This document shows, piece after piece, positions 29,115 through 39,036 of a DNA stretch of 64,000 nt; position 1 is the first letter of the stretch, and each line of letters starts with the position of its first letter. The stretch lies in assembly GCA_963770565.1 (NCBI GenBank), contig CAVYQE010000011.1, forward strand, positions 928,001 to 992,000. The letters are read 5' to 3'. The stretch is from an uncultured Actinomycetota bacterium (GTDB taxonomy: Bacteria; Actinomycetota; Actinomycetes; JAFAQI01). The notes beneath the pieces were generated by a model, which saw nothing but the letters and a program-made list of their open reading frames with translations, was not told the origin of the DNA and made no database searches. A program made the position numbers and the translations under genes.

Positions 29115-29867
29115 ATGCCACTCGATCAGGTCCGCCCGCGCAGCGCGGTGCGGACCGCGGTCGTGTGGGAAATGCTGCGCACCGCCCTGGCCGAGCTGGC
29201 CGCCGAGTCCGACCTCATCCGGGTGCTCGACATCGGCGGCGGCACCGGAGGGTTCGCGGTGCCGCTGGCCGAGCTCGGCTACCCGGTCACGGTCGTGGAC
29301 CCGAGCCCGGACGCGTTGGCAACGCTCGAGCGACGGGCGGCCGAAACCGGCACGACCACCCTGGTCCAGGGCGTGCAGGGAGACGCCCACGGCCTGGTCG
29401 ACCTGCTCGGCCCCGACAGCGTTGACGCCGTGATCTGCCACAGCGTGCTGGAAGTGGTCGACGATCCAGCCGATGCGCTCGCATCGATCGCCGCCGTGGT
29501 CCGGCCGGGCGGTTTCGTTAGCGTGCTCGCCGCCAACCGGATTGCCGCGGTCATGGCGAGGGTGGCGGCCGGCCGGTTGGCCGAGGCCCGCCAGCTGCTC
29601 GCCGACCCGCACGGCTGTGCCGGCGCCGGCGATCCGCTGCTCCGCCGGTTCTCCTTGGTCGAGCTCGAGGCGCTGATCGCCGCGAGCGGGCTGCGGACCC
29701 GGGTCTCGCACGGAGTACGAGTCTTCGCCGACGTCGCGCCCGCGGTGCTGCTCGACATCGACCCGCGAGCGGTCGACGACCTGATCGCCCTCGAGCACGC
29801 CGCGGCCGACGATCCGGCGTACGCCACCATCGCCACGATGCTGCACGTGCTCGCCGACCTGCCGTGA
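29115..29867 (+). CDS. Class I SAM-dependent methyltransferase
   Basis: VLDIGGGTGG, VVDPSPD and VICHSVLE motifs. Confidence 0.9.
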   Translation: MPLDQVRPRSAVRTAVVWEMLRTALAELAAESDLIRVLDIGGGTGGFAVPLAELGYPVTVVDPSPDALATLERRAAETGTTTLVQGVQGDAHGLVDLLGPDSVDAVICHSVLEVVDDPADALASIAAVVRPGGFVSVLAANRIAAVMARVAAGRLAEARQLLADPHGCAGAGDPLLRRFSLVELEALIAASGLRTRVSHGVRVFADVAPAVLLDIDPRAVDDLIALEHAAADDPAYATIATMLHVLADLP

Positions 29868-31117
29868 GCCGTCGACAGCTCGAACGCGAGGCGGTCAAAC
29901 CCGACCTGGCCGGCGACGACTCCGGCTGCACCGTCCTGCACGTCGACATGGACGCGTTCTTTGCCAGCGTCGAGCTTCGGAGCCGGCCGGAGCTGAAGGG
30001 CAAGCCGCTCGTCGTCGGCGGCCTCGGCTCCCGATCGGTCGTGCTGGCGGCGACGTACGAAGCACGAACGTTCGGCATTCACAGCGCGATGCCGATGGGG
30101 CGAGCCCGGCGGTTGTGCCCGTCGTTGCTGGTGATCGAGCCGACCCGGGGGAGCTACGAGCAGGCCTCACACGGGGTGATGGAGCTGTTCCGTTCGATCA
30201 CCCCGATCGTGGAGCCGCTGTCGCTCGACGAGGCCTTTCTCGACGTCGCCGGCGCGATCCGCCGGCTCGGCAGCCCGCGGCAGATCGCCGAGCTGATCAG
30301 GGCGAGGGTGGCCGACGAGCAGGGCTTGCCGTGCTCGGTCGGGGTGGCGAGCACCAAGTTCATTGCCAAGCTGGCGTCGTCCAGGGCCAAGCCGGACGGG
30401 CTGCTTGTGGTGCCGCGGGAGTCGGTGGTGCAGTTCCTGCACCCGCTGCCGATCGGCGCGCTGTGGGGGGTCGGCGAGCGCACCGAGGAGACGCTGACCC
30501 GGCTGGGGATGCATCGGATCGGTGACATCGCGGCCACCCCCGAGTCGACGCTGATCGCCGCGGTCGGTCAGGCCGCCGGCTCCCATCTGTACGCCCTGTC
30601 ATGGGGGCGCGACGAGCGCAGCGTGACCCCGAACGAGCCCGAGCGAAGCATCGGTGCCGAAGAGACCTTCGCCCGCGACCTCGGCGATGCCGAGGAGATC
30701 CACCGCGAGCTGCTCCGGCTCTCGGAGCGGGGCGCGGCCCGGCTGCGGGCCACCGGTCAGGTCGGGCGGACCGTGAGCATCAAGGTGCGGTTCGCCGACT
30801 TCAAGACGATCACCAGGTCGCGCACGCTGGGCGAGCCGACCGACGTGTCCCGGGTGGTCTACGACACCGCGTGTGGGCTGTTCGACGCGATCGAGCGCCA
30901 TGGCGCGCTGATTCGCCTGGTCGGCGTACGGATCGAGGGGTTGCGGGCCGCCTCGGAGGCGCCGCACCAGCTTGATTTGGCGGGTGACGTCGAGGACTGG
31001 CGGGCCGCCGATGCAGCGGTCGACCTGGCGGTGGCGAAGTTCGGTCACGGTGCCGTCCGGCCCGCGGCACTGGTCAAGCGGGACAGTGCGGCCGGGCGGA
31101 CCCGAAACCAGCCTTGA
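29864..31117 (+). CDS. dinB: DNA polymerase IV
   Basis: HVDMDAFFASVE, SLDEAFLD, AKPDG and LWGVG motifs; QLDL clamp-binding-like motif. Confidence 0.96.
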   Translation: MSRRQLEREAVKPDLAGDDSGCTVLHVDMDAFFASVELRSRPELKGKPLVVGGLGSRSVVLAATYEARTFGIHSAMPMGRARRLCPSLLVIEPTRGSYEQASHGVMELFRSITPIVEPLSLDEAFLDVAGAIRRLGSPRQIAELIRARVADEQGLPCSVGVASTKFIAKLASSRAKPDGLLVVPRESVVQFLHPLPIGALWGVGERTEETLTRLGMHRIGDIAATPESTLIAAVGQAAGSHLYALSWGRDERSVTPNEPERSIGAEETFARDLGDAEEIHRELLRLSERGAARLRATGQVGRTVSIKVRFADFKTITRSRTLGEPTDVSRVVYDTACGLFDAIERHGALIRLVGVRIEGLRAASEAPHQLDLAGDVEDWRAADAAVDLAVAKFGHGAVRPAALVKRDSAAGRTRNQP

Positions 31118-31232
31118 CAAGTTCTCCGGGTTACTGGCCGAGGCCCGCGCGCCGACCGTATCCTGAAGAGCACGCTCCCTCGTCCTGAGGTCGCGTCTCG
31201 CGCCGTGGTGTGAGGTGTCCGTAGGAGGCGTC

Positions 31233-31625
31233 GTGCCGCTCTCTGAGCACGAGCAACGCTTGCTCGAGCAGATCGAGCAGGCGCTGTACGCCGAGGACCC
31301 CAAGTTCGCGAGCATCTACCAGGGCAACGACATTCGTAGCCACTACCGGCGCCGGGTCATTCGAGCGGTGATCGGGCTCGTCATCGGCCTCGGGCTTCTG
31401 CTCGCCGGAGTCGTGATCCCGCTCATCCCGCTGGGCGTGGCCGGCTTCATCGTGATGCTGGCCGCGGTCTCCTTCGGGGTGGCGTCGTGGCAACGAATGA
31501 CCGGACACCGCAAGACCGCCGCGCCCGACGGTGCGGCGTCGCGCCGCGCCACGGATCGGGCGCCGCGGCGCTCGGTGGTCCAGCGGCTCGAGGACCGCTG
31601 GCAGCGTCGGCAAGACGAGCGCTAG
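31233..31625 (+). CDS. DUF3040 family membrane protein
   Basis: PLSEHEQRLLEQIEQALYAEDPKF, two TM helices, RLEDRWQRR. Confidence 0.9.
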   Translation: MPLSEHEQRLLEQIEQALYAEDPKFASIYQGNDIRSHYRRRVIRAVIGLVIGLGLLLAGVVIPLIPLGVAGFIVMLAAVSFGVASWQRMTGHRKTAAPDGAASRRATDRAPRRSVVQRLEDRWQRRQDER

Positions 31626-31660
31626 CCGGCTAGTTACTCGCTCGATCCGCCCGGCCGGTG

Positions 31661-34075
31661 TTACGGCCTGGCGTTTGCGGGCAGGGTGCTCGGCCGGCGC
31701 CATCCGGACGTCCGCATGGTTCGCCGGACCCGGCCCGCGATCGCGCTGAGCCAGTCGAGGACCGACCCGAGCCGGGCGAGTGTGGCTCGCAAGACAAGCA
31801 ACGTGGACCGGGGCATCGCCAACGCGACCAGCCGTTGAGGTCCGCTCCGCTGCGCGATCGCCGCCGAGCGCACCAGGGCGACGTCGAGCCGCAGATCGGC
31901 CCCGCCGCTCGGCCGGTTGGGGGCGTAGCGCGCGTGCTCCTCGCAGCGCGCGAGCCGCTCCATCGCGGCCCGGGTCTCCTCGTCCGGCCGGACGCTGGCG
32001 ACGACGAGCGAGCCGATCTGGCGGGGCGTGAGGCCGTCGTCCCACGGGACGTGCAGGTCGATCGCGGTGTCCCGAAGCTCGGCCCAGGCGGCATCCGGCG
32101 CGCGGGCCGGATCGCCGATCAGTCGCCATCGCTGCCGCCGGGTGATCGCCCGCGCGGTCCCCGGGCCGAGCAGGATCAGGAGAACCACGACCCCGACTAG
32201 CAGGCCCAACCAGCCCTTTCCGTCGATCGATGCTGCTGCCGCGAGGCCCTTGCCGCCGCCTCCGTTGCCGCTGGAGCCGACCCCGGGATGACCTCGGTCC
32301 TGCAGCGACTTGGGAATCGAGCCCGGGGTTGCCGACGCCGAGGGGCTGACCGTCGGGTTGACCCGCGGCCCAGGAGTGACGCCGCCCCTCGCGTAGCCCG
32401 GGGTGACTGCCTGGCCGTCGGCCCGAGGGGTCGGCTCGAACGGCAGCCAGCCGTAGCCCTGGAAATACAACTCGGGCCAGGCGTGCGCATCGTGGGTGGT
32501 CACCACCCACGACCCGTCCTTCTGCTTGGTGCCGCGGGTGAAACCGACCGCGACCCGGGACGGGATCCCCGACAGCCTCGCCATGACCGCCATCCCGGTC
32601 GCGAACTGCTGGCAGAAGCCGACCCGGGTGTGCAGCAGGAAGTCCGCGAGCGCGTTCGGGCTGTTGTCGGCCTTGATGTCCGTGCTGTAGGTGAAGCGCG
32701 AGCCCTGGGTGAAGAAGGCCTGGATCGCCAGCGCCTCTTGGTACGGACTGGTGGCTTTGGCGGTCACATTCGCGGTCAGCCGACGCACCGCCGGCGAGAC
32801 GCTGGCCGGCACCGCCAGGTCGGCGTCCTCGGTGTTGTTCGCCGCGGTCGACGGGGCGGCTTGGAGCTCGGCCGGAGTCGGCGCGTTGACCACCGATCGG
32901 GTCGTGTACTGAAGCCCTCCGCCGGTCGCGGTGGCGGAGAAGATCGTCGCCGTCGCGGGGTCGTAGCGCCACGCGTTGCCGACACTGACGCCCAGGGTCG
33001 TGGCCGGAGCCGGCAGCCAGTGCAGCTTGGTCAGGTTGCGGGAGATGCTGACTGTGGTGTTGACGAACGGCCCCGGCGGCGCGGTGACCGGCAGGCTCTG
33101 GCTCACCGTCGCGCGGGCCGATGCCTGCAGTGTCTCCGCGGAGAACGTGGTGCCGTTGAACAGGTCCAACGACGTCAGCCGGAGGTACGCCGGATCGTTC
33201 GACGTCGACGTATAGCTGATCAGCGGCTCGACCGAACTGCTGGTGAGGTCGTTGGCCACCGAGACGATTGGGTTCAGCACGACCTGGCTGCCACTCCCGT
33301 TGCCACCTCCGCCCGTACCGGTGCCGTGCTTGTCGATGCCGGTGTGCAGGCCGGGGATGAACAGCGGAATGATCACGCCGAGACCGATTGCGGCCGCACC
33401 GACCTGCCGGCCGAGCGAGGCCGGCGCGGGGGCCGACGACTGGTCGGTCGACCAGGCCGACGCCGGCCGCGCGCGGCTCCCGGTGCCGACGGCGGCGCCC
33501 CAGCGGGCAACCTTCTCGCGGTTGTCTGCGAACAGCAGCCACAGATAACCGGTGGCACCAATGACGAACGGGATCACCCCGACGCCGTGGTGCCCGGTGG
33601 CCGCGCAGACCGTGAACAGACCCAGCAGTGGCAGCCCGCTCAACGCCGCGCGGCGCAGGGTCACCGTCATCAGGTCGACGACGAGCGCGACCGCAGCGAT
33701 GCCGACCACGGTGAGCAGGAGCAGCCCGTGGTGGGTCGGGGCCGGCGTGGGGAGCTTTTGGATCTGGTTGAAACCGTGTCGCGCGGTGTGGGACAGGTGT
33801 CGCAATGCGAGCCGGCCCGGGATGAACCCTAGGTGCGCCTTGGATCGGGAGAACAGCAGCGTCAGCCAGCAGAGGATCGCGAGCGCGGCCACGATCGGCT
33901 CGAGCGCCGACGGTAGCGGCGAGGATCGGATCAGCGCGCAACTCGCCGAGACGATCACGATCGCCCCGAACACCGGCACGACCCAGCCGCTCCCGCGATA
34001 GACCGTGAGCAGCGCGGTCGATGTCGTCGCCGTCGCGAGTGCGGCGTACGCGGTCAGGCGCAGCTGGGCGTTCAT
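31661..34075 (-). CDS. Transglutaminase TgpA-family membrane protein (DUF3488 + transglutaminase + DUF4129-like)
   Basis: N-terminal TM helices; GFCQQFA, HAWPELY and FEPTP catalytic motifs. Confidence 0.9.
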   Translation of the reverse strand: MNAQLRLTAYAALATATTSTALLTVYRGSGWVVPVFGAIVIVSASCALIRSSPLPSALEPIVAALAILCWLTLLFSRSKAHLGFIPGRLALRHLSHTARHGFNQIQKLPTPAPTHHGLLLLTVVGIAAVALVVDLMTVTLRRAALSGLPLLGLFTVCAATGHHGVGVIPFVIGATGYLWLLFADNREKVARWGAAVGTGSRARPASAWSTDQSSAPAPASLGRQVGAAAIGLGVIIPLFIPGLHTGIDKHGTGTGGGGNGSGSQVVLNPIVSVANDLTSSSVEPLISYTSTSNDPAYLRLTSLDLFNGTTFSAETLQASARATVSQSLPVTAPPGPFVNTTVSISRNLTKLHWLPAPATTLGVSVGNAWRYDPATATIFSATATGGGLQYTTRSVVNAPTPAELQAAPSTAANNTEDADLAVPASVSPAVRRLTANVTAKATSPYQEALAIQAFFTQGSRFTYSTDIKADNSPNALADFLLHTRVGFCQQFATGMAVMARLSGIPSRVAVGFTRGTKQKDGSWVVTTHDAHAWPELYFQGYGWLPFEPTPRADGQAVTPGYARGGVTPGPRVNPTVSPSASATPGSIPKSLQDRGHPGVGSSGNGGGGKGLAAAASIDGKGWLGLLVGVVVLLILLGPGTARAITRRQRWRLIGDPARAPDAAWAELRDTAIDLHVPWDDGLTPRQIGSLVVASVRPDEETRAAMERLARCEEHARYAPNRPSGGADLRLDVALVRSAAIAQRSGPQRLVALAMPRSTLLVLRATLARLGSVLDWLSAIAGRVRRTMRTSGWRRPSTLPANARP

Positions 34076-35421
34076 GCCGCGTCCCACGGCTCGGCCGATC
34101 CCGCGCCCGCCACCGCGACCGTGGCCGCGTCGGCCATCGCCGCCTGTGCCTCGACGCTCCACCGGCCGGCCTGGGGCCACAACGCGGCGAGCGAGTCACC
34201 GCGGTGGACGTCGATCGTGCGCCATCCGGAGAGTGCGAGCATCTTCGCGGCCTGCTCGTGCGCACTCGCGCTGGCCGCCGCGGCCTGCGGCGACTGGGTC
34301 ACCCACGAGTCGGTGTGCATCACGAACACGATCCCGACCGACGCCGCACCGTTGCGCATCCGGGCCAGGTTGTCCGCATCGTCGGGGGTCAGCGCGCCGA
34401 CGATCGCGACGAGCAGCCCCTCGGTGCCCTGCCGGCGTACGGTCGCCATCCCGGTGTGCAGGCCGCGTCCCGACGAGGTGGTCACGACCGCAAGCGAGTC
34501 GAGCACGGTGCCGTCGAAGGAGGCGCCGGCCAACCCGGCCGAGGAGATCTCATGCCCGGTGTCGGTGATCAGCCGGACCTCGAAGCCGGTCCGCACCAAG
34601 TGCAGGCTGATCGACGCGGCCGCCGATACCGCCCATTCCAGTGAGGACGTCGGCCCGTCACCGCGATGCGCGACCAGGCGGGTGTCGAGCAGTACGGCGC
34701 CGCGGCTCTGCCACGGTTGCTCCTCGCGACGCACCGTGAGCTCGCCGCGGCGAGCCGTTGTGCGCCAGTGGATCCGGCGCAGGTCGTCGCCGTGGCGGTA
34801 CTCGCGGGTCGCCACGTCGTCGTCGCCGTGAGTCGCGACCGACCGCGCGGTGCTGTGACCGGCGCCGCCCCACTCGCCGCTGAGCGCGACCGACGGAAGC
34901 GCGACGATCTGCGGGGTTACGACCAACGTGTCGGTGCTGGTGAACGCGCGCGGCAGTTCGCAGAGGCCGAACGGGTCCATCAGCCGTACCGTCAGCGGAC
35001 CGACCCGGTAGCGGCCACGGAGCTCGCCGCTGACGTGGTAACCGACGTCGATCGGCCGGCGGGGAGCGAGCCGGTCGAGCACCACGCGAGGCCGCCCGCC
35101 GAGCAGGTAGGGGATGGTGTCCTCGATCAACAGCAGCCCGGTCGGCAGCCGCGAGATGTTCTCGATCCGCAGCACGACCCGCGCGCGGTCACCGATCGGC
35201 ACCCGGGCCGGCTCGAGCCGGCGCGAGCAGGTCAGCCGGAATCGGGTGCGCGCGGCAAACCCGACCGCGACCAGGGGAGCGGCGACCAGGAGGACGGCGA
35301 CCCGCAACAGGTCGCGTTCATGCAGGATCAGCCCGGCGAGGGCGGCGGTCACACCGCCCGCGAGCACACATCGACCCCGCATCGTGAGTGAGCGGAGCGT
35401 GCCACGGACCAGGTCCACCAT
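34072..35421 (-). CDS. DUF58 domain protein
   Basis: REYRHGDDLRRIHWRTTAR motif. Confidence 0.92.
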   Translation of the reverse strand: MVDLVRGTLRSLTMRGRCVLAGGVTAALAGLILHERDLLRVAVLLVAAPLVAVGFAARTRFRLTCSRRLEPARVPIGDRARVVLRIENISRLPTGLLLIEDTIPYLLGGRPRVVLDRLAPRRPIDVGYHVSGELRGRYRVGPLTVRLMDPFGLCELPRAFTSTDTLVVTPQIVALPSVALSGEWGGAGHSTARSVATHGDDDVATREYRHGDDLRRIHWRTTARRGELTVRREEQPWQSRGAVLLDTRLVAHRGDGPTSSLEWAVSAAASISLHLVRTGFEVRLITDTGHEISSAGLAGASFDGTVLDSLAVVTTSSGRGLHTGMATVRRQGTEGLLVAIVGALTPDDADNLARMRNGAASVGIVFVMHTDSWVTQSPQAAAASASAHEQAAKMLALSGWRTIDVHRGDSLAALWPQAGRWSVEAQAAMADAATVAVAGAGSAEPWDAA

Positions 35422-35468
35422 CAGGTCGCGGCACCTGCGGCTGAACGATTCACGTGCCCGGTCACGGT

Positions 35469-36464
35469 CTAGGCCGGTCGGCGGGCGGCCCGCGCGGGCA
35501 CCGGGGTGCTCGCGACGATGTCGGCAACCACCGCCGACGTACTGCGCCGCGCGATCTGGGCCTCGGCCGACAGCAGCAGCCGGTGGGACAGCACGCTGTC
35601 GGCCAGCCCCTGCAAGTCGTCAGGGGTCACGTAGTCGCGTTCGTCGAGGGCCGCGGTCGCCCGGCCGGCCCGGAGCAGGTGCAAGGTGGCTCGCGGCGAG
35701 GCGCCGAGCCGGAGATCCGGGTGGTTGCGCGAGGCCGTGACGAGGTCGACCGCGTAGCGGCGGACGCTGTCGGCGACGTGCACCGTGCGTACGGCGCTGA
35801 CCAGCCGGGCCACCTCGACCCGGTCCGACACCGGTTCGAGGTCGGCGAGTGGCGAGCGCACCCCGTGGGTGTCGATCATCGTGAGCTCGGCTTCGATCGA
35901 CGGGTAGCCGAGCGCGATCCGGGCGGTGAACCGGTCGCGCTGCGCCTCGGGAAGCGGGTAGGTGCCCTCCATCTCGACCGGGTTCTGGGTCGCGATGACC
36001 ATGAACGGCGCTTCGAGGTGGTAGGTGGTGCCGTCGACGGTGACCTGGCGCTCTTCCATGCATTCCAGGAGCGCGGACTGGGTCTTGGGGGAGGCACGGT
36101 TGATTTCGTCCCCGACGACGATGTTTGCGAAGATCGCACCCGGCTTGAACTCGAAGTCACGGTTGTTCTGGTTGTAGACGGATACCCCGGTGATGTCGCT
36201 CGGCAGCAGGTCGGGGGTGAACTGAACCCGTCGTACCGTGCAGTCGATCGAGCGCGCGAGTGCCTTGGCGAGCATCGTCTTGCCGACGCCCGGAACGTCC
36301 TCGACCAGCAGGTGCCCTTCGGCCAGCAGCACGGTCACCGCGAGCTTGACCTCGGCGGTCTTGCCCTCGATCACCGTGTCGATCGCGTCCACGATCCGCG
36401 CAGCGGCGGTGGCGACCGCTTTCAACTCCAATTCGGGCGACCGGGTCGAGGACTGCGGGGTCAC
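35469..36464 (-). CDS. moxR: MoxR family AAA+ ATPase
   Basis: DVPGVGKT, QFTPDLLPSD, DEINRA and PEAQRDRF motifs. Confidence 0.95.
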   Translation of the reverse strand: MTPQSSTRSPELELKAVATAAARIVDAIDTVIEGKTAEVKLAVTVLLAEGHLLVEDVPGVGKTMLAKALARSIDCTVRRVQFTPDLLPSDITGVSVYNQNNRDFEFKPGAIFANIVVGDEINRASPKTQSALLECMEERQVTVDGTTYHLEAPFMVIATQNPVEMEGTYPLPEAQRDRFTARIALGYPSIEAELTMIDTHGVRSPLADLEPVSDRVEVARLVSAVRTVHVADSVRRYAVDLVTASRNHPDLRLGASPRATLHLLRAGRATAALDERDYVTPDDLQGLADSVLSHRLLLSAEAQIARRSTSAVVADIVASTPVPARAARRPA

Positions 36465-36641
36465 TGGCTGGACCTCCTAGAAGCGGACCGTCGCTCGACG
36501 GCAGCTGCCAACACCTGCTGATCAGTCTTGCATCCCGGCCGCGCGTCCGTCCCGGCTCCGCTGATAACGCCTGGGTGACGGGCGTGCAACGCAAAGACGG
36601 TCGAGGTGGAGCGCCGGTTGGGTGAACTGTGGCCAAGATGG

Positions 36642-36696
36642 TTGACAGGGGAGTGAAGTGGAGTACGGTGGCGCGCTATGGGGAGTGATGTGGGGC
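36642..36696 (+). promoter_or_regulatory. dcw promoter with 10-nt-spaced GTGG(G/A)-like MraZ boxes
   Basis: TTGACA 36642 and TACGGT 36664; GGGGAG, GTGGAG, GTGGCG, ATGGGG at 10-nt intervals. Confidence 0.65.
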
Positions 36697-36745
36697 GGTG
36701 GCCCGCATCACCGCAGAGACCGGCGGCCAGGTGGGGAGGTGGGGC

Positions 36746-37174
36746 ATGTTTCTCGGCACCTTCACACCCCGCCTGGACGAGAAGGGCCGGCTGTTCCTGC
36801 CCGCGAAGTTCCGCGAGGGCCTGGCCGGTGGCCTGGTGATCACCAAGGGTCAGGAGCGCTGCCTGCGGGTGTTCCCGCTCGCGGAGTTCACCCGGATCAC
36901 CGAGCGGCTGCGCGACGCCCCGCTGACGACCAAGAGCACCCGGGACTACCAGCGGATGATCTTCGCCGGCGCGCACGATGAGGTGCCCGACCGGCAGGGC
37001 CGGGTGATGGTCCCCGGCCCGCTGCGGCAGTACGCCGGTCTCGAGCGCGAATGTGCGGTCGTCGGGATGAACACCCATCTCGAAATCTGGGACGCCACAA
37101 CCTGGGCGGCGTACGAGGCCAGCCAGGAAGAGCCGTTCTCGAGCCTGTCCGAGGAGGTGCCCGGCATCTTCTGA
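36746..37174 (+). CDS. mraZ: Division/cell wall cluster repressor MraZ
   Basis: [19 protein letters not shown] and DRQGRV motifs. Confidence 0.96.
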   Translation: MFLGTFTPRLDEKGRLFLPAKFREGLAGGLVITKGQERCLRVFPLAEFTRITERLRDAPLTTKSTRDYQRMIFAGAHDEVPDRQGRVMVPGPLRQYAGLERECAVVGMNTHLEIWDATTWAAYEASQEEPFSSLSEEVPGIF

Positions 37175-37219
37175 GCTGCCCCCGGACCTGAGTGCCCGCC
37201 CTGTTCTTCTGTGCGGCCC

Positions 37220-37277
37220 GGCCCCTGCCCGCGGCCCCTGACGCCACTTCCCCGGCGTCAGGCGTGGCGGCGGGGAC
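37220..37277 (+). ncRNA. mraW RNA motif (actinobacterial cis-element)
   Basis: Hairpin CCTGACGCC-ACTTCCCC-GGCGTCAGG with a CUUCCCC loop upstream of rsmH (mraW). Confidence 0.8.
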
Positions 37278-37342
37278 CAGGTCGCACAGCACCCACCAGC
37301 ACCGCAACCCGCCCACCGCCCAGCACCGACCGAGGAGACCCG

Positions 37343-38308
37343 ATGAGCGAGTCCGGCCGCGGCGGCAGCCACGTGCCCGTCATGCTCGACCGGGTCCTCG
37401 ACCTGCTGGAGCCGGTCGCCGCACGCGAATCCGCAGTCGTCGTCGACGCCACGATCGGGCTCGGTGGCCACGCCGCAGCGCTGCTGGCCCGGCACCCAGA
37501 CCTGCACCTGATCGGGATCGACCGCGACGCCGACGCGCTGGCCCGCAGCCGGGCCCGGCTGGCCGCGCACAGCGACCGGGTGCAACTCGTGCACGGGGTC
37601 TACGACTCGCTCGCCGAGATCCTCGTCGCGGCCGGAACGCCCCGGGTCGACGGGGTGCTGTTCGACCTCGGGGTCTCGTCGATGCAGCTCGACGACGACG
37701 GGCGCGGATTCGCTTACTCGCGCGACACCGGTCTCGACATGCGAATGGACACCACGACCGGCCGGACCGCTGCCGACGTGGTCAACACCTATCCGGTTGC
37801 CGAGCTCAGCCGGGTGCTGCGGGACTACGGCGAGGAGCGCTTCGCCCGGCGGATCGCCCAGGCGATCGACCGCGAACGCTCGGTCGCTCCGTTGACCTCG
37901 TCGCGAAGGCTGGCCGAGCTGGTGCGCGACGCAGTACCGGCGGCGACCCGGCGGGTCGGTGGCCACCCGGCCAAGCGCACCTTCCAGGCCCTGCGGATCG
38001 AGGTCAACGACGAGCTCGGCACGCTCGAGCGGGCCCTGCCGGCGGCGGTGACTGCGTTGCGACTCGGCGGGCGGCTCGTCGTGCTCGCCTACCAGTCGCT
38101 CGAGGACCGGATCGTCAAGCGGGTCTTCGCGGCCGGCGCCACGACCACGGCTCCGCCCGACCTGCCGGTCGTGCCGGAGAGCGCGATGCCGACCCTGCGG
38201 CTGCTGACCCGAGGCGCCGAAAAGCCGGACGAGCGAGAGGTCGCCGACAACCCCCGCGCGGCCTCGGCCCGGCTCCGTGCGGTCGAACGCATCCGGGACG
38301 CCGCATGA
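37343..38308 (+). CDS. rsmH: 16S rRNA m4C1402 methyltransferase
   Basis: [25 protein letters not shown] and FQALRIEVN motifs. Confidence 0.96.
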   Translation: MSESGRGGSHVPVMLDRVLDLLEPVAARESAVVVDATIGLGGHAAALLARHPDLHLIGIDRDADALARSRARLAAHSDRVQLVHGVYDSLAEILVAAGTPRVDGVLFDLGVSSMQLDDDGRGFAYSRDTGLDMRMDTTTGRTAADVVNTYPVAELSRVLRDYGEERFARRIAQAIDRERSVAPLTSSRRLAELVRDAVPAATRRVGGHPAKRTFQALRIEVNDELGTLERALPAAVTALRLGGRLVVLAYQSLEDRIVKRVFAAGATTTAPPDLPVVPESAMPTLRLLTRGAEKPDEREVADNPRAASARLRAVERIRDAA

Positions 38309-38318
38309 GTGAGAGCCG

Positions 38319-38972
38319 ATGAGCGCGGCCGCACCGCTCCGGTATCAGGCCCGGCCGCGCGCGGTTGCCGCGCCGCTGCCAAAGCACCTCCAGGTTCGTC
38401 CAGCGGTCAGGCCGAAGCCGGTCACGCGGCCCCGGCCGCGCCTGGTGGTGTCGGCGCAGCAGCGCTCGACCGCCGGCCGGCTCGCGTTCGTCGTCGTCGT
38501 GGGCGGCGTCCTGGTCGGCGGCCTGGTCGCTGTTCTGTTGCTGCACATGATCGCCGCGCAGGACGGGTTCCGCGTGACCGCGTTGCAGCAACACCTGGCA
38601 ACGCTCAACGACCAGGTGCAGGAGCAAGAACAAGTAGTGGCCGCGGACTCCGCACCGAACTCGCTGCAGGCCCGCGCGGATGCGCTCGGCATGGTGCCCA
38701 CCACGATCTCGGCCTTCCACAACCGGGGCAACGGGCGCGCGGTCGCCGTTCAGTCACCGGTGTACGTGCCACCGCCGGCCGTGGTGACCAGTAAGCCTGC
38801 GGTCACGAAGGGCGCGACGACCAAGTCCGGCGGGACCGGTGCGGCCAAGGCCGCGACCGGTACGTCGAATCCCTCGACGACATCGACGACATCGACGACA
38901 TCGAAGACCGGTACGTCGAAGGCCGGTACTAAGCAATCCACGCATCACCCGCACCATCACACCGGGCGGTGA
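38319..38972 (+). CDS. ftsL: FtsL-like cell division protein
   Basis: Single TM helix plus coiled coil ending ARADALGMVP; lies between rsmH and ftsI. Confidence 0.75.
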   Translation: MSAAAPLRYQARPRAVAAPLPKHLQVRPAVRPKPVTRPRPRLVVSAQQRSTAGRLAFVVVVGGVLVGGLVAVLLLHMIAAQDGFRVTALQQHLATLNDQVQEQEQVVAADSAPNSLQARADALGMVPTTISAFHNRGNGRAVAVQSPVYVPPPAVVTSKPAVTKGATTKSGGTGAAKAATGTSNPSTTSTTSTTSKTGTSKAGTKQSTHHPHHHTGR

Positions 38973-39036
38973 GGGTGAGCCGGCCTCCGGATCGGCGCGG
39001 CACCGGGTTCGGGCGCCCGCAACACGGCAGGCTGTC

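Noticed and set aside
31131-34265. 1044-aa minus-strand ORF and other long Arg/Pro-rich alternative-frame ORFs
   Set aside because: Shadow ORFs of real high-GC genes with no recognisable motifs
38876-38906. ACGACATCG x3 repeat in ftsL
   Set aside because: Short in-frame low-complexity Thr/Ser linker; unremarkable
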